Source of the DNA: Gammaproteobacteria bacterium | GTDB lineage: Bacteria; Pseudomonadota; Gammaproteobacteria; SZUA-140 | Assembly: GCA_026982565.1 (NCBI GenBank) | Contig: JALSGV010000201.1 | Span: 27,658-91,657 of the forward strand | Reading direction: 5' to 3' | DNA length: 64,000 bases | Shown: positions 1 through 9,870 of the stretch, piece by piece | Numbering within the stretch: the first letter of the stretch is position 1 | Layout: the number at the start of each line of letters is the position of its first letter | Made by a program: the position numbers and the translations under genes | Notes under the pieces: model-generated | Database searches by the model: none | The model's input: only the letters and a program-made list of their open reading frames with translations | Told to the model about the DNA's origin: nothing

Positions 1-1107
1 GATGTAATAGACATCCGGGGCGAGGAATTTCATATTGAACAGGCTCTCGATGGCCGGGATGACGGTATCGATATTCTGCGCCAGGGCGACGCCTCCCATC
101 ATGCCCAGCAAGACCCCGATCAAACCGATGACGCCACCCTGGATGATGAAGATCATCATGATACTGCGGGGGCTGGAGCCAAGGGTCTGGAGGATGGCGA
201 TGTCGGCATGCTTGTCCGTCACCATCATGACCAGTGTGGAGACCAGGTTGAAGGCCGCTACCGCAACGATGAGCATGAGAATGACGAACATGACTGTCTT
301 CTCCATCTTCACCGCGCGGAAGAAATTGACGTGCTGCTGGGTCCAGTCCCGGACCCGATAACCAGGCGGGAGTTCCTTGGCGAACTGGCGCGCCAAGTAT
401 GGCGCGTCGAACATGTCCACCAGTTTCAGGCGCACCCCGGTCACAGTCCGCCCCATGCGAAACAGCGTGGCGGCATCATCCAGATGCATCAGAGCCAGAG
501 CGCTGTCATATTCATACATGCCGATCTCGAAAACCCCCGTCACAGTGAAACGCTTGAGACGCGGCAGGACGCCTACGGGCGTCACATTGGCCTGTGGCGT
601 GATGAGCGTTACCTTGTCACCCATGCCCACGCCCAGCGAAAAGGCGAGATCCTTGCCCAGCACGATGCCGAAACGGCCGGCTTCGAGGCTATCGAGCCGC
701 CCGCTTATCATTTCCCCCCCCAGGTCGGATACCTGGTCTTCGAGCGCCGGCAACACGCCCCTGAGTACGGTGCCGGCCACCCGCCCGCCGTTGCTGAGCA
801 TGCCCTCTGCATGAATATAAGGCGCGGCGCCCGTCACCCCTTCTTCGTGTCCCAGCACATCGATTACCGTCTGCCAGTCCGCCATGCCGCCAGGGCTGCC
901 CAGGACCGTGATATGGGAAACCACGCCCAGAATGCGTTCACGCAATTCCTTCTCGAAGCCGTTCATGACGGAAATCACGGTGATCAGGGCCGCCACGCCA
1001 AGGGCGATACCCAACATGGAAATCAGAGAAATGAATGAAATGAAGTGATTGCGGCGCTTGGCCCGCGTATAGCGGAGACCGATGTATAATTCCAGTGGCT
1101 TGAACAT
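1..1107 (-). CDS. LolC/LolE-family lipoprotein-release ABC permease (FtsX fold); C-terminal end cut by the window edge
   Basis: Minus-strand translation from the ATG at 1107 gives MFKPLELYIGLRYTRAKRRNHFISFISLISMLGIALGVAALITVISVMNGFEKELRERILG..., a typical LolC/E N-terminus. The frame stays open to position 1 (369 codons). It is absent from the ORF track because there is no stop inside the window. Confidence 0.8.
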   Translation of the reverse strand, partial: MFKPLELYIGLRYTRAKRRNHFISFISLISMLGIALGVAALITVISVMNGFEKELRERILGVVSHITVLGSPGGMADWQTVIDVLGHEEGVTGAAPYIHAEGMLSNGGRVAGTVLRGVLPALEDQVSDLGGEMISGRLDSLEAGRFGIVLGKDLAFSLGVGMGDKVTLITPQANVTPVGVLPRLKRFTVTGVFEIGMYEYDSALALMHLDDAATLFRMGRTVTGVRLKLVDMFDAPYLARQFAKELPPGYRVRDWTQQHVNFFRAVKMEKTVMFVILMLIVAVAAFNLVSTLVMMVTDKHADIAILQTLGSSPRSIMMIFIIQGGVIGLIGVLLGMMGGVALAQNIDTVIPAIESLFNMKFLAPDVYYI

Positions 1108-1197
1108 AAGGCTGCATTAAAACACAAAACGGGCAAAAATGCAGATCCGCCGTGACTCATCCGCATCGAAGTTTTTTCGTGTCAGTGTGAGGCCCGG

Positions 1198-1962
1198 TCA
1201 GGCCCTTTCCGAGACGAAACCACCCCGCGGTTTATTGAAGCACAGAGAGAGGAACTCCAGGCCGATGTTATAACCACCTCTCTGGTGGTCCTCGATGCAG
1301 CTCGCCACGCGGGAAACAGAAACAATGACCTGGCTGGTGATTTTGATGACCTGGTTGGGTTCCAGGGATGACCGCAGTTTGATTTGCATTCCATGCGGAG
1401 TGAAATTGCGTATCATGCCGGGAAAGCCCTGCGCCTGTGGCCAGCGCACATAGACTCTGACGCTGGCCTTGATGGCCAGACGTTCCAGGGCGCGCTGGTC
1501 CGTTGATGGGCTTCCCATGGGAGGCGGCGGCTGCAAGGGACTATCACAATGCGCGCAAACCGGCATGCCGCGACCATCCATGCCGCAAAAAAAGCAGCTT
1601 TCCAGAAAATCGGCATCATAGGGATTGACGCGTGGGACGAGCGGCTCTTCTTCAGGCACATATGGATCGCGCTCATGAGACGGGGTCCCGGCAGCTTCCT
1701 GTTCATTCCCGGCGGAGGCTTCAGCCTGCCCCCGGCCCGCAGCGCCAAAACCGTTGGCGGCATCATAGGCCGCCCGTTTCCTCTCGTCGCTGAGAACCGC
1801 CCATGCCTCGTTGAGCAGTGATGCATTCCATTCGTCCCCGCCCAGGTCCGGATGATAACGCAGCTTCTGCATCAAGGTGCGGTAGCTGCTCCTGATAATC
1901 TCGGCAGGCGCATCCTGCTGGACATGCAGGATGCGGTAGTAATTACGGCGATTGTCTTGCAT
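1198..1962 (-). CDS. J-domain (DnaJ-like, HPD motif) protein with a central CxxC...CxxC pair and a C-terminal PilZ-like domain
   Basis: The N-terminus reads YYRILHVQQDAPAEIIRSSYRTLMQKLRYHPDLGGDEWNASLLNEAWAVLSDERKRAAYD, a J domain with HPD. The middle has CFFCGMDGRGMPVCAHC. The C-terminus has RALER (RxxxR) followed by NFTPHG (D/NxSxxG), the PilZ c-di-GMP-binding signature. Confidence 0.7.
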   Translation of the reverse strand: MQDNRRNYYRILHVQQDAPAEIIRSSYRTLMQKLRYHPDLGGDEWNASLLNEAWAVLSDERKRAAYDAANGFGAAGRGQAEASAGNEQEAAGTPSHERDPYVPEEEPLVPRVNPYDADFLESCFFCGMDGRGMPVCAHCDSPLQPPPPMGSPSTDQRALERLAIKASVRVYVRWPQAQGFPGMIRNFTPHGMQIKLRSSLEPNQVIKITSQVIVSVSRVASCIEDHQRGGYNIGLEFLSLCFNKPRGGFVSERA

Positions 1963-2030
1963 GGCGGCTCCGATTCCAGACTCTTGTCTGATATCGGCTG
2001 ATCGCCACTTTCGTTGAATCCTGGCGCGTC

Positions 2031-2774
2031 CTAAAAATCATAAACCACGGTGACCGCGGACTTGATATCGGTCTTGTCAGTGTTGGGAGGAACATCCGTG
2101 TTGTTGATGATCGACATCGCCACTTTCAAGGCCAGGTGCCCAATTACCTGCACCTTGAGTTCGCTGAGTGAGTTGGTCACGGTGTTGTCACTGCCGAAAT
2201 CCACATAGAGCTCCTGGCTGAAATCACTGGTCTCGCTGACCTTCCACTTGAAATTACCGGCCAGCCGGCCAATGCCCTCGGAGCTGTCGTCGATATTTTC
2301 GTAGGCTGTTCTGCGAACACCCGCGCCGGCCTCCAGGTTGAGAGACATATTTTCCTGTTTCAGGACCTGGCGGCCATAGCCTGCCACGGCTGTCGTGCGG
2401 CTGTCATAACCGGCAAAATCGTCCCGCTCGAAGCGCAGCAGGCCAAAGAGGAAATCCCTGTCGGAAAACTTGTATTTGGAGTCGCCCTGGAACACAAAGG
2501 TCTTGGCCGTGGTCTTGCCGTCACTCTCGTTTCTCAGGCTGTTCGCACGCAACTCATGGTTCCATTTGGGGCGGGTGTTGATCACCTTGGCCCTGAGCAG
2601 AATGTTCTCCACATCGGTATTACCCGTTGCCTTGACGTAACCGAATTCCACTTCCCCGCCCCAGCTCACATCGCCCTGCGCCGATTTGTCATCCACGGCA
2701 ATGGCGGCGCCGGACGCCAGAAAGAACAGAGGGGCAACCAGAATTTTCTTGTTGATGCGCGATCTCATTTTCAT
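2031..2774 (-). CDS. DUF481-family outer-membrane beta-barrel protein (YdiY-like), signal peptide
   Basis: The ORF 2031..2819 has likely start MKMRSRINKKILVAPLFFLASGAAIA (signal peptide). Alternating beta-strand pattern with a terminal aromatic (…VTVVYDF). Resembles the salt-induced OMP / DUF481 family. Confidence 0.55.
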   Translation of the reverse strand: MKMRSRINKKILVAPLFFLASGAAIAVDDKSAQGDVSWGGEVEFGYVKATGNTDVENILLRAKVINTRPKWNHELRANSLRNESDGKTTAKTFVFQGDSKYKFSDRDFLFGLLRFERDDFAGYDSRTTAVAGYGRQVLKQENMSLNLEAGAGVRRTAYENIDDSSEGIGRLAGNFKWKVSETSDFSQELYVDFGSDNTVTNSLSELKVQVIGHLALKVAMSIINNTDVPPNTDKTDIKSAVTVVYDF

Positions 2775-2825
2775 TCCCTTCATTTCATTGAAAACCGGGA
2801 ACAATAGGCAGGCTGACAAGGGAAG

Positions 2826-3299
2826 TCAAATGGAAGACGGAGAGGACAGCGGCTCGAATTGAAAACCGTAGCGGAGACAGTACAACAGCCATTCCCTCAA
2901 AAACAGGTTGACCTGTTTTTTCTCGTGGCGCTGATACATCCTGCGATTGGGATAGCGATAAACGGGCAGTATTCGGACATGACCCTGATAGCCGATGACC
3001 TCGGCAACCCGGGCATCGTGACTGACGCGCAGTTTCAGTTCCATGTCGGAGGCAATCCCGCCGCCGGAACTGAGATAGTGGGTTACGGCCATGATGGAGG
3101 TGTAAGGACACTGTTCAAGCATATCCACGAACAGCACAGGTCTGCCGTTGAATTCGGATACCACGGTGCCACTGATGCGCTTGACCTCAGGCAGAATGCG
3201 CAGGAGGTAACGATAGTTATCCTCATACAATTGCATCATGTCATACAGACAGGGTTTGTCCACCAGGGTGTGCATGCTTGCGCTGCTCATTCTCAACAA
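2826..3299 (-). CDS. yqiB: YqiB-like protein (DUF1249)
   Basis: The C-terminal block RVSHDARVAEVIGYQGHVRILPVYRYPNRRMYQRHEKKQVNLFLREWLLYCLRYG aligns closely with E. coli YqiB (…RLYHDAMVAEV…[32 protein letters not shown]). Confidence 0.75.
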   Translation of the reverse strand: MLRMSSASMHTLVDKPCLYDMMQLYEDNYRYLLRILPEVKRISGTVVSEFNGRPVLFVDMLEQCPYTSIMAVTHYLSSGGGIASDMELKLRVSHDARVAEVIGYQGHVRILPVYRYPNRRMYQRHEKKQVNLFLREWLLYCLRYGFQFEPLSSPSSI

Positions 3300-3557
3300 T
3301 TATTCGTTAGTGTGATTTTCAAGCAAGTATAACAACTCCATCGGCACAACCGGCGTGGATTTGAAAAAACGCCATGTGGTGCGCAGAAGTAACCATTCAG
3401 GGTTGACAGCAGACATAATAAAATATAGATCGATACATTATAATATACAATTATATGGATAAAACTTCATGATATTTATAATTTTTTTCTGGCCGTGTTA
3501 AGGTGTCCTCGGTTTATTCTTACGCCCAATCACGTAATTTCCGAGTCACTATTACCC

Positions 3558-5042
3558 ATGATCCACAGACCTCCCGCATTTATCTCTGTTCTGATTCTGG
3601 CCTTCAGCCTTGTGCCTTCCGCCTTTGCCACCAATGGTATGAACATGGAAGGCTACGGCCCCATCGCCCTGGGCATGGGCGGCGCCTCCTTTGCCTACGA
3701 CAACGGCACCGCCGCTTCCATCAACAACCCCGCGACCCTGGGACTGGGACAGGAAGGATTGAGGACGGATATCGCCTTCGGCTTCCTGGGACCGGATATC
3801 GAGTCATCCGCGGGCGGCGAGTCATGGAAGTCGGACGCCGACGCATTCTACATGCCAGCCCTGGGAATCAACAGAAAAAAAGGGGGAATCAGCTATGGCC
3901 TCGGTATCTTTGCCCAAGGGGGCATGGGCACCGATTATGACACCGGCCCCGGGGCGGCCGTTTCCGCCAATCTCATGCAAGGCGGGAATACGGCGACCGG
4001 CGCGGGGAACCCTTCGGCAGGCGCCATTTCCTCCGTTGCCGGCTTGAGGGAGCGCGCGGAGATCGGGGTCGGGCGCCTCATGGTTCCCGCTACTTACGAG
4101 GTCAACGATAAACTCATCATCGGCGGCACCGTGGATTACGTTTGGGCCACCATGGATCTGCAAATGGCCATGTCGGGCATGCAAATGTTCGACATGATGG
4201 GGACCGGCCTCATCAATGGCAGCATGGTAGGCGCCTTGCAGGGCGCCATGGCCGGCGGCGCCATCAATGACCTCTATTACGGTTATTTCGATTTCGCCAA
4301 CAACAACGATTTTACCGGTGAGGCCAATTCCACGGGTTTCGCTGGTAAAATCGGCCTGACCTATAAGGTAAACTCGAAACTCAGTCTGGGCGCCACGTAT
4401 CACAGCAAGGTCAATCTGGACAAGTTCGAGGGCAGCGCCAAAGTGAACATGTCGGTCAGCGGCGACACGGGATACCTGGGCGGCGGCCCTCTTTCGGGCG
4501 CCTTTAGCGACGCCACCTTTCGCCTGAAAGGAGACATATCCCTCAAGGACTTCAGTTGGCCCTCCGTATTTGGAGTCGGCGTGGCCTATCAGGCCAGCGA
4601 CAAATGGTTCGTGGCGGCGGATGTGAAACGGATCGGCTGGGCGGGCGTGATGGAAAGCTTCAGAATGTCATTCAAGGCCAACAATTCGCCTGAGAACGGC
4701 GCCTTTGCCGGCCTCGTCCTGAACGCCGACATGCCCCAGGAGTGGAATGACCAGACCGTAATCCAGGGAGGGGCTTCCTACCGCGCCGGCATGAAACTCA
4801 CCCTGCGCGCCGGATTCAACTATGCCGACAACCCGGTGCCGGACAGCACGGTGCTCTATCTCTTCCCCGCCACCGTGAAAACACATTTCACGGGTGGACT
4901 CGGCTATGAAATGGACGACCGGCGGCAAGTCAACTTTGCCATGAGTTATGTGCCGGAAGAGAAGGTCACCAACTCGGTAAGCGGTATGGAAATCGCGCAC
5001 CGCCAGTTCAATTGGCAAATCATGTATACTCACCTGCTCTGA
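3558..5042 (+). CDS. FadL/TodX-family outer-membrane hydrophobic-compound (long-chain fatty acid / aromatic) transporter
   Basis: The ORF 3495..5042 has a signal peptide starting at MIHRPPAFISVLILAFSLVPSAFA. The N-terminus NGMNMEGYGPIALGMGGASFAY is typical of FadL/TodX. Gly/Ala-rich beta-barrel with a C-terminal aromatic region. Confidence 0.75.
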   Translation: MIHRPPAFISVLILAFSLVPSAFATNGMNMEGYGPIALGMGGASFAYDNGTAASINNPATLGLGQEGLRTDIAFGFLGPDIESSAGGESWKSDADAFYMPALGINRKKGGISYGLGIFAQGGMGTDYDTGPGAAVSANLMQGGNTATGAGNPSAGAISSVAGLRERAEIGVGRLMVPATYEVNDKLIIGGTVDYVWATMDLQMAMSGMQMFDMMGTGLINGSMVGALQGAMAGGAINDLYYGYFDFANNNDFTGEANSTGFAGKIGLTYKVNSKLSLGATYHSKVNLDKFEGSAKVNMSVSGDTGYLGGGPLSGAFSDATFRLKGDISLKDFSWPSVFGVGVAYQASDKWFVAADVKRIGWAGVMESFRMSFKANNSPENGAFAGLVLNADMPQEWNDQTVIQGGASYRAGMKLTLRAGFNYADNPVPDSTVLYLFPATVKTHFTGGLGYEMDDRRQVNFAMSYVPEEKVTNSVSGMEIAHRQFNWQIMYTHLL

Positions 5043-5081
5043 TAGACCGAATATCACCAGTCAGTCGCACCTGGATTATTT

Positions 5082-5516
5082 ATGGAAAATTTCACCCCCC
5101 TGACCTCTACGCTCGGAGGTATCATGATCGGTCTGTCCGTGGCCGGGCTGTTTTATTTCAACGGCAAGATTCTGGGAATCAGCAATATTCTTTCCGAACT
5201 GCTCAACCCGCGATGGCATGACAAGGACTGGCGCCTCACCTTTGTTCTCGGCCTCCTGAGCGGCGGCGCCCTGTTGCTTTTCCTATACCCGCCGGCGCTG
5301 AGTCACGAAAGCCCCCGTGCGCTGGGCATACTTATCCTCGGCGGCCTGCTGGTAGGCTATGGCGCCAGCCTGGGCCGGGGCTGTACCAGCGGGCACGGCA
5401 TTTGCGGCATCACACGCCTGTCGCCCCGCTCCCTGATTGCCACCGCCGTCTTTATGTCAACGGGCATGATCACTGTCTATGTCACCAACCACCTGCTGGG
5501 CTGGGCTGCCGGATGA
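5082..5516 (+). CDS. YeeE/YedE-family (DUF395) membrane protein, half 1 (sulfur-compound/thiosulfate transporter family)
   Basis: Conserved LGRGCTSGHGICG motif. Four predicted TM helices. The stop overlaps the start of the next gene (ATGA at 5513-5516). Confidence 0.75.
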   Translation: MENFTPLTSTLGGIMIGLSVAGLFYFNGKILGISNILSELLNPRWHDKDWRLTFVLGLLSGGALLLFLYPPALSHESPRALGILILGGLLVGYGASLGRGCTSGHGICGITRLSPRSLIATAVFMSTGMITVYVTNHLLGWAAG

Positions 5517-5953
5517 GATATGTGACACTATTCCTTTGCGGCCTGCTCTTTGCGCTGGGCCTGGGCGTCTCGGGCATGACCAACCCGGAGAAGATCATCG
5601 CGTTTCTCGATGTCACGGGAGACTGGGATCCCAGCCTGCTGTTCGTCATGGGCGGCGCGGTGGGCGTCAACATGCTGTTCTACCGCCTGACGCTGAAGCG
5701 TCCGCGCCCGGCCCTGGAAACATCTTTCGTGATTCCCTCCTTGCGCAAGATCAATACCCGCCTGATCAGCGGCGCGGCATTGTTCGGCGTGGGCTGGGGC
5801 CTGACCGGCTATTGTCCCGGCCCGGTGGTGGTTTCCTCGGTGACCGGCTGGCCTTCGGTGCTGGCCTTCATTGCGGCCATGCTGGCCGGCATGTTACTGT
5901 TTCAGAAACTGCAGGGAGAGGAGCCCCGCCCCGCCGGCGGCAGTGAAAAATGA
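5513..5953 (+). CDS. YeeE/YedE-family (DUF395) membrane protein, half 2
   Basis: MRYVTLFLCGLLFALGLGVSGMTNPEKIIAFLDV…GYCPGPVVVS; this is the second half-domain of split YeeE/YedE transporters. The ORF-track alternative start 5402 is in-frame upstream read-through. Confidence 0.7.
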   Translation: MRYVTLFLCGLLFALGLGVSGMTNPEKIIAFLDVTGDWDPSLLFVMGGAVGVNMLFYRLTLKRPRPALETSFVIPSLRKINTRLISGAALFGVGWGLTGYCPGPVVVSSVTGWPSVLAFIAAMLAGMLLFQKLQGEEPRPAGGSEK

Positions 5954-5956
5954 GGC

Positions 5957-6733
5957 TTAGCGATTCTCCTCCCCGACATGCTTGTCCAGCAGCTTTTGCA
6001 ACGGCCCGATCAGATCCATGGGCAGGGGGAAAACGATGGTGGAGTTTTTCTCTCCCGCGATTTCCGTCAGGGTCTGCAAATAACGCAGCTGCAGGGCCTG
6101 GGGCTGTTGCGCCAGAATCTGGGAGGCCTCCAGCAACTTGACGGAAGCCTGCAGCTCACCTTCCGCGTGTATGACCTTGGCGCGCCTTTCCCTCTCGGCC
6201 TCCGCCTGCCTGGCAATGGCGCGGATCATGCTCTCGTCCAGGTCCACATGCTTGATTTCCACATTGGCCACCTTGACGCCCCAGGCATCGGTCTGCTGAT
6301 CGAGTATGCGCTGGATGTCTGCATTGAGCTTGTCGCGTTCGGAAAGCATCTCATCCAGTTCGTGCTGGCCCAGCACGGAACGCAGGGTGGTCTGGGCCAA
6401 CTGGCTGGTGGCCATGTTGAAGCTTTCCACCTGGATGATGGCCTTTTCGGGGTCGATGACGCGGAAATAGATGACGGCATTGACCTTGACGGAGACATTG
6501 TCCCGGGAAATGACATCCTGGGATGGCACATCCATGACGACGGTGCGCAGGTCCACCCGCACCATTTTCTGGATCACGGGAATCACGATAATGAGACCCG
6601 GCCCCTTTACTTTCCAGAAGCGGCCCAGGAGAAAGATCACTCCGCGCTCATACTCACGCAGGACACGGAACGCGCTGGCGAAGAACGCGACCGCCAGGCC
6701 GATAATGATATAGACGCCATACATGGTGCTCAT
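5957..6733 (-). CDS. SPFH/band-7 (stomatin-like, QmcA/YbbK-type) membrane protein
   Basis: N-terminal TM helix followed by [16 protein letters not shown]…[21 protein letters not shown]. Coiled-coil C-terminus. Four-bp overlap with the upstream nfeD, the classic NfeD-stomatin operon. Confidence 0.85.
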   Translation of the reverse strand: MSTMYGVYIIIGLAVAFFASAFRVLREYERGVIFLLGRFWKVKGPGLIIVIPVIQKMVRVDLRTVVMDVPSQDVISRDNVSVKVNAVIYFRVIDPEKAIIQVESFNMATSQLAQTTLRSVLGQHELDEMLSERDKLNADIQRILDQQTDAWGVKVANVEIKHVDLDESMIRAIARQAEAERERRAKVIHAEGELQASVKLLEASQILAQQPQALQLRYLQTLTEIAGEKNSTIVFPLPMDLIGPLQKLLDKHVGEENR

Positions 6734-8076
6734 ACTTCATTCTCCTCTGTCGTCTCCGGCAACGGCTCCACCGTCAATATCAGGCCATCCCGGGCTACGA
6801 CCCTGACGCGGCCGCCACGGCGCACCGGGCGCAGGGCCCGGGCTTTCCATGATTCGCTATGCACCCTCACCCGCCCGCTCTGTTGCAAATCATCCAGCGC
6901 TTCGCCCGTGGCGCCGATGAGTTCTTCCTCGCCGGAGACCACTGGGCGCCGGCGCGCCTTGACGGCCATGCCCACCACGAACAGGATGAAACCGGCGCTC
7001 AGCAGGGCGAACATCCCGATGAGGGGAATGGAGACACCATAACCGGGAACCCCGGTATCCAGCAACATGATGGAACCGAAAACAAAGGCGATGACGCCTC
7101 CGACACCCAGGGCGCCGAAGCTGGGCACGAACACCTCCGCCAGCATGAAGGCAATGCCCAGGACCATCAGCGCCAGTCCCGCATAGTTGACCGGCAGGAC
7201 CTGAAAGGCGAACAGGGCCAGCAACAGGCTGATGACGCCGGCTACGCCGGGAAGGATCATGCCGGGATTGGCGAACTCATAGATCAGGCCATAGATCCCC
7301 ACCAGCATGAGAATGTAGGCTACATTAGGGTCAGTGATGATGGCCAGCAGGCGCGTGCGCCAATCGGGCTCGGCGCGGGTCACCGCCACACCCTCAGTAT
7401 CAATAATAATTTTCTTTCCCAACAAGTTGATTTCCCTGCCATTCAACTGAGACAACAGCTCGCCCATATCTCTCGCGATCAAATCGATGACGCCTTCCGA
7501 CAAGGCAGCATCGGATGACAGGCTGACGCCCTCGCGCACCGCCCGCTCCGCCCACTCCCCGTTTCTGCCCCGCATCTGCGCCAGCCCCTGGATATAGGCC
7601 ACGGCATCATTGATGATCTTTCTGCCCATGGCGTCCATGGGCCGGGGGGCATCCTCGCCGTTTGTCTTGTCTGCCCCTCCCGGCAGGCCGCCAATGCGCA
7701 CGGGCGTCGCGGCCCCGAGATTGGTGGCGGGCGCCATGGCGGCAATATGGCTGGCATAGAGGATGTAGGTCCCCGCGCTGGCGGCCCGCGCGCCACTTGG
7801 CGCGACATAAGTGGCCACGGGAACCGGCGAGGCGATGATATCCTTGATGATGGCGCGCATGGAGGTATCCAGCCCCCCCGGCGTATCCATGCGGATAACG
7901 ACCAGTTGCGCCCCCTGCTCATGGGCACGGACGAGATTACGGCTCAGATAGTCCTGGGTGGCGGGCCCGATGGCGCCACTGACCTCCAGCAGGATGACCT
8001 GGCCCGCGCCCTGCGCCGTGGTCGCGGCGCCCAGGGCCAGCAAGAGCGCCACCAGAAAGCCGGCTTTTCGATACAT
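6730..8076 (-). CDS. NfeD-family membrane-bound ClpP-class serine protease
   Basis: Signal peptide, then ClpP-like domain ([15 protein letters not shown]…[17 protein letters not shown]…[25 protein letters not shown]). Multi-TM segment and a C-terminal OB-fold. Start taken at MYRKAGF. Confidence 0.8.
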   Translation of the reverse strand: MYRKAGFLVALLLALGAATTAQGAGQVILLEVSGAIGPATQDYLSRNLVRAHEQGAQLVVIRMDTPGGLDTSMRAIIKDIIASPVPVATYVAPSGARAASAGTYILYASHIAAMAPATNLGAATPVRIGGLPGGADKTNGEDAPRPMDAMGRKIINDAVAYIQGLAQMRGRNGEWAERAVREGVSLSSDAALSEGVIDLIARDMGELLSQLNGREINLLGKKIIIDTEGVAVTRAEPDWRTRLLAIITDPNVAYILMLVGIYGLIYEFANPGMILPGVAGVISLLLALFAFQVLPVNYAGLALMVLGIAFMLAEVFVPSFGALGVGGVIAFVFGSIMLLDTGVPGYGVSIPLIGMFALLSAGFILFVVGMAVKARRRPVVSGEEELIGATGEALDDLQQSGRVRVHSESWKARALRPVRRGGRVRVVARDGLILTVEPLPETTEENEV

Positions 8077-8181
8077 GGCGCACCTCCTCAATATTGAGTT
8101 GCCGAACCAATAATGGCCGCGGGCTGGCGCTGAACGCGGCGAAGCTCAACCCGCTTCTTCCAGGGACCATTCTGGCACAGG

Positions 8182-8484
8182 CTACTCCAGCGTCGCAATA
8201 AATGACTCGGCCTCGGCGATAGATGCGCGCATGTCCGCAATGAGTTTCCTTACATCCTTGCCGATACTGGCCACTTCCGTATCCAGGCCGCCGATGGCGC
8301 GGGCATTGAGATTGTGTTTCAGATACAACACATGATCACGAAAACGCACCAGCACCTTGTCCCTGCTTTTCTCCGCCTTGACCATGGAGCGGTTCAGAGC
8401 GGCATATTTTTTCTTCGTGGCGCGCAGCTTGCGCTGGCTGTCCGTCTTGAAACGGGCATTGGAGACAAGACCGATCTCTCCCAT
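8182..8484 (-). CDS. hypothetical 100-aa protein (lysine/arginine-rich, predicted helical)
   Basis: Intact ORF between the sensor kinase and nfeD. I recognise no family. Confidence 0.3.
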   Translation of the reverse strand: MGEIGLVSNARFKTDSQRKLRATKKKYAALNRSMVKAEKSRDKVLVRFRDHVLYLKHNLNARAIGGLDTEVASIGKDVRKLIADMRASIAEAESFIATLE

Positions 8485-8508
8485 TCGTCGAACAAGTCAT
8501 TCAGGTCA

Positions 8509-9870
8509 TCAGGATGGAAAACAGACGGCCACGCGGGCGCCCCCCAGCTCTTTGGATGATCCGATCTCGCAACGCCCCTTGTAGACCTTGACGATGTCTT
8601 GCACCATGGCCAGCCCGATACCGTGTCCTGCGACGTGCTGATCCCCGCGAATACCCCGTTTGAGAATTTCTTCCTTCATCTCCGGGGCGATGCCCGGACC
8701 ATCATCCTCTACAGTGATCACCAGCCAGCCCTCGCCTTCCCCTCCTGAAGAGACATTCTCCGCCCGCACGGTAATCCTGCTGTGACACCACTTGAAGGCA
8801 TTGTCCAGCAAATTGCCCATAATCTCCATGAGATCGCCTTCATCGCCTGCCAGGTGAATATCAGCGGCAATTTCCATCCGGCACGTCACGGCCTTGTCGG
8901 CATAGATTTTCTCCATCGCCTGCAACACTTTCCTGACCACGGGCTCTATGGCGACGGACGCCACCATGACCGTTCGGCCCGATGTCGCGCCGCGCTGCAG
9001 ATGGTATTCGATGATGTGATCCATGCGTCCCACCTGGTCCTCGACCGTATGACGCAATTCATCCTGGGAATGCCCGGTTTCCATGGTGCTGCGGATCAAC
9101 GCCAGGGGTGTTTTGAGACTGTGGGCCAGATCCCCCAGGGCATTGCGGAAACGCTGCAGATGGTCGCGCTCGCTTTTCACCAGTGCATTGAGATTGTTGG
9201 TCAGGGCGCGCAATTCCTTGGGATAACGCCCTTCGAGCTGGGTCTTGCGCCCGCTCTCGATATCGGACAGGTCTTCGGCCACTTGGCGCAGCGGCCTCAA
9301 CCCCCACCGCAGGATGCCCCCCTGCACGGCAAGAAGAAGAATGGCCACGGCGCCCAGGGAACCCCACAGAGTACGGCGGAAACCGGCAATCTGCGCATGC
9401 AGGGTATCCAGGTCCTCAGCGATACTGAAGGTATAGATCTCTTCCAGTGGCGTGTCCTCAGACCAGCTGACGCCAATGCTGAAAGTATACAGTCTTGCCT
9501 GGGAGTCCAGCGTAACCTCCCTGCTGATGTATTCACCACGCTCCAGTCCCGTGGAGAAAGGAATATCGATGTCATTCATAGAGGGCGACCGCCAGGAAAA
9601 ACGGCCGTCGTTACGCTTCGCCTGTGCATAGAGGCCTGATCCGGGCGTGAAAAAGCGCGGAATGGGCAGCGCATTCATCAAATGCACTTCCCCCTGAATA
9701 TCCGGCTCCATAACGGCCACCAAGGCATAGGCGTAGCCCTGGAGGCGTTCCTGCAGCGCCGATTCCGCGCTGTTGCGGTAGGCCTGGTCGAGGATGACGC
9801 CGGTGAGGCCAAAGAATCCCGCCAGCACGATACTGGCGGCGACAAGAATGCGCAGGTGCAGGGAGATCAT
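8509..9870 (-). CDS. two-component sensor histidine kinase (PhoQ/EnvZ-like: TM, periplasmic loop, TM, HAMP, HisKA, HATPase_c)
   Basis: Two TM segments. H-box LAHSLKTPLALI. N, G1 and G2 boxes present (LLDNAFKW, DDGPGI, GHGIGLAMV). One-nt overlap with the upstream response regulator. Confidence 0.85.
   Translation of the reverse strand: MISLHLRILVAASIVLAGFFGLTGVILDQAYRNSAESALQERLQGYAYALVAVMEPDIQGEVHLMNALPIPRFFTPGSGLYAQAKRNDGRFSWRSPSMNDIDIPFSTGLERGEYISREVTLDSQARLYTFSIGVSWSEDTPLEEIYTFSIAEDLDTLHAQIAGFRRTLWGSLGAVAILLLAVQGGILRWGLRPLRQVAEDLSDIESGRKTQLEGRYPKELRALTNNLNALVKSERDHLQRFRNALGDLAHSLKTPLALIRSTMETGHSQDELRHTVEDQVGRMDHIIEYHLQRGATSGRTVMVASVAIEPVVRKVLQAMEKIYADKAVTCRMEIAADIHLAGDEGDLMEIMGNLLDNAFKWCHSRITVRAENVSSGGEGEGWLVITVEDDGPGIAPEMKEEILKRGIRGDQHVAGHGIGLAMVQDIVKVYKGRCEIGSSKELGGARVAVCFPS

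Noticed and set aside
208-1038. 276-aa plus-strand ORF and its neighbours (35-361, 377-814) at the window start
   Set aside because: They lie antisense to the clearly recognisable LolC/E permease reading frame on the minus strand. They are His/Arg/Pro-rich, typical shadow ORFs of high-GC DNA.
5978-7042. 354-aa plus-strand ORF
   Set aside because: Antisense to the stomatin and NfeD genes, which have strong family signatures. It has the composition of a GC-rich shadow ORF.
8182-8484. Possibility that the 100-aa ORF is a defence- or TA-related small gene
   Set aside because: Same GC as the core genome. No partner ORF, no recognisable motif. Nothing beyond 'hypothetical' can be supported.
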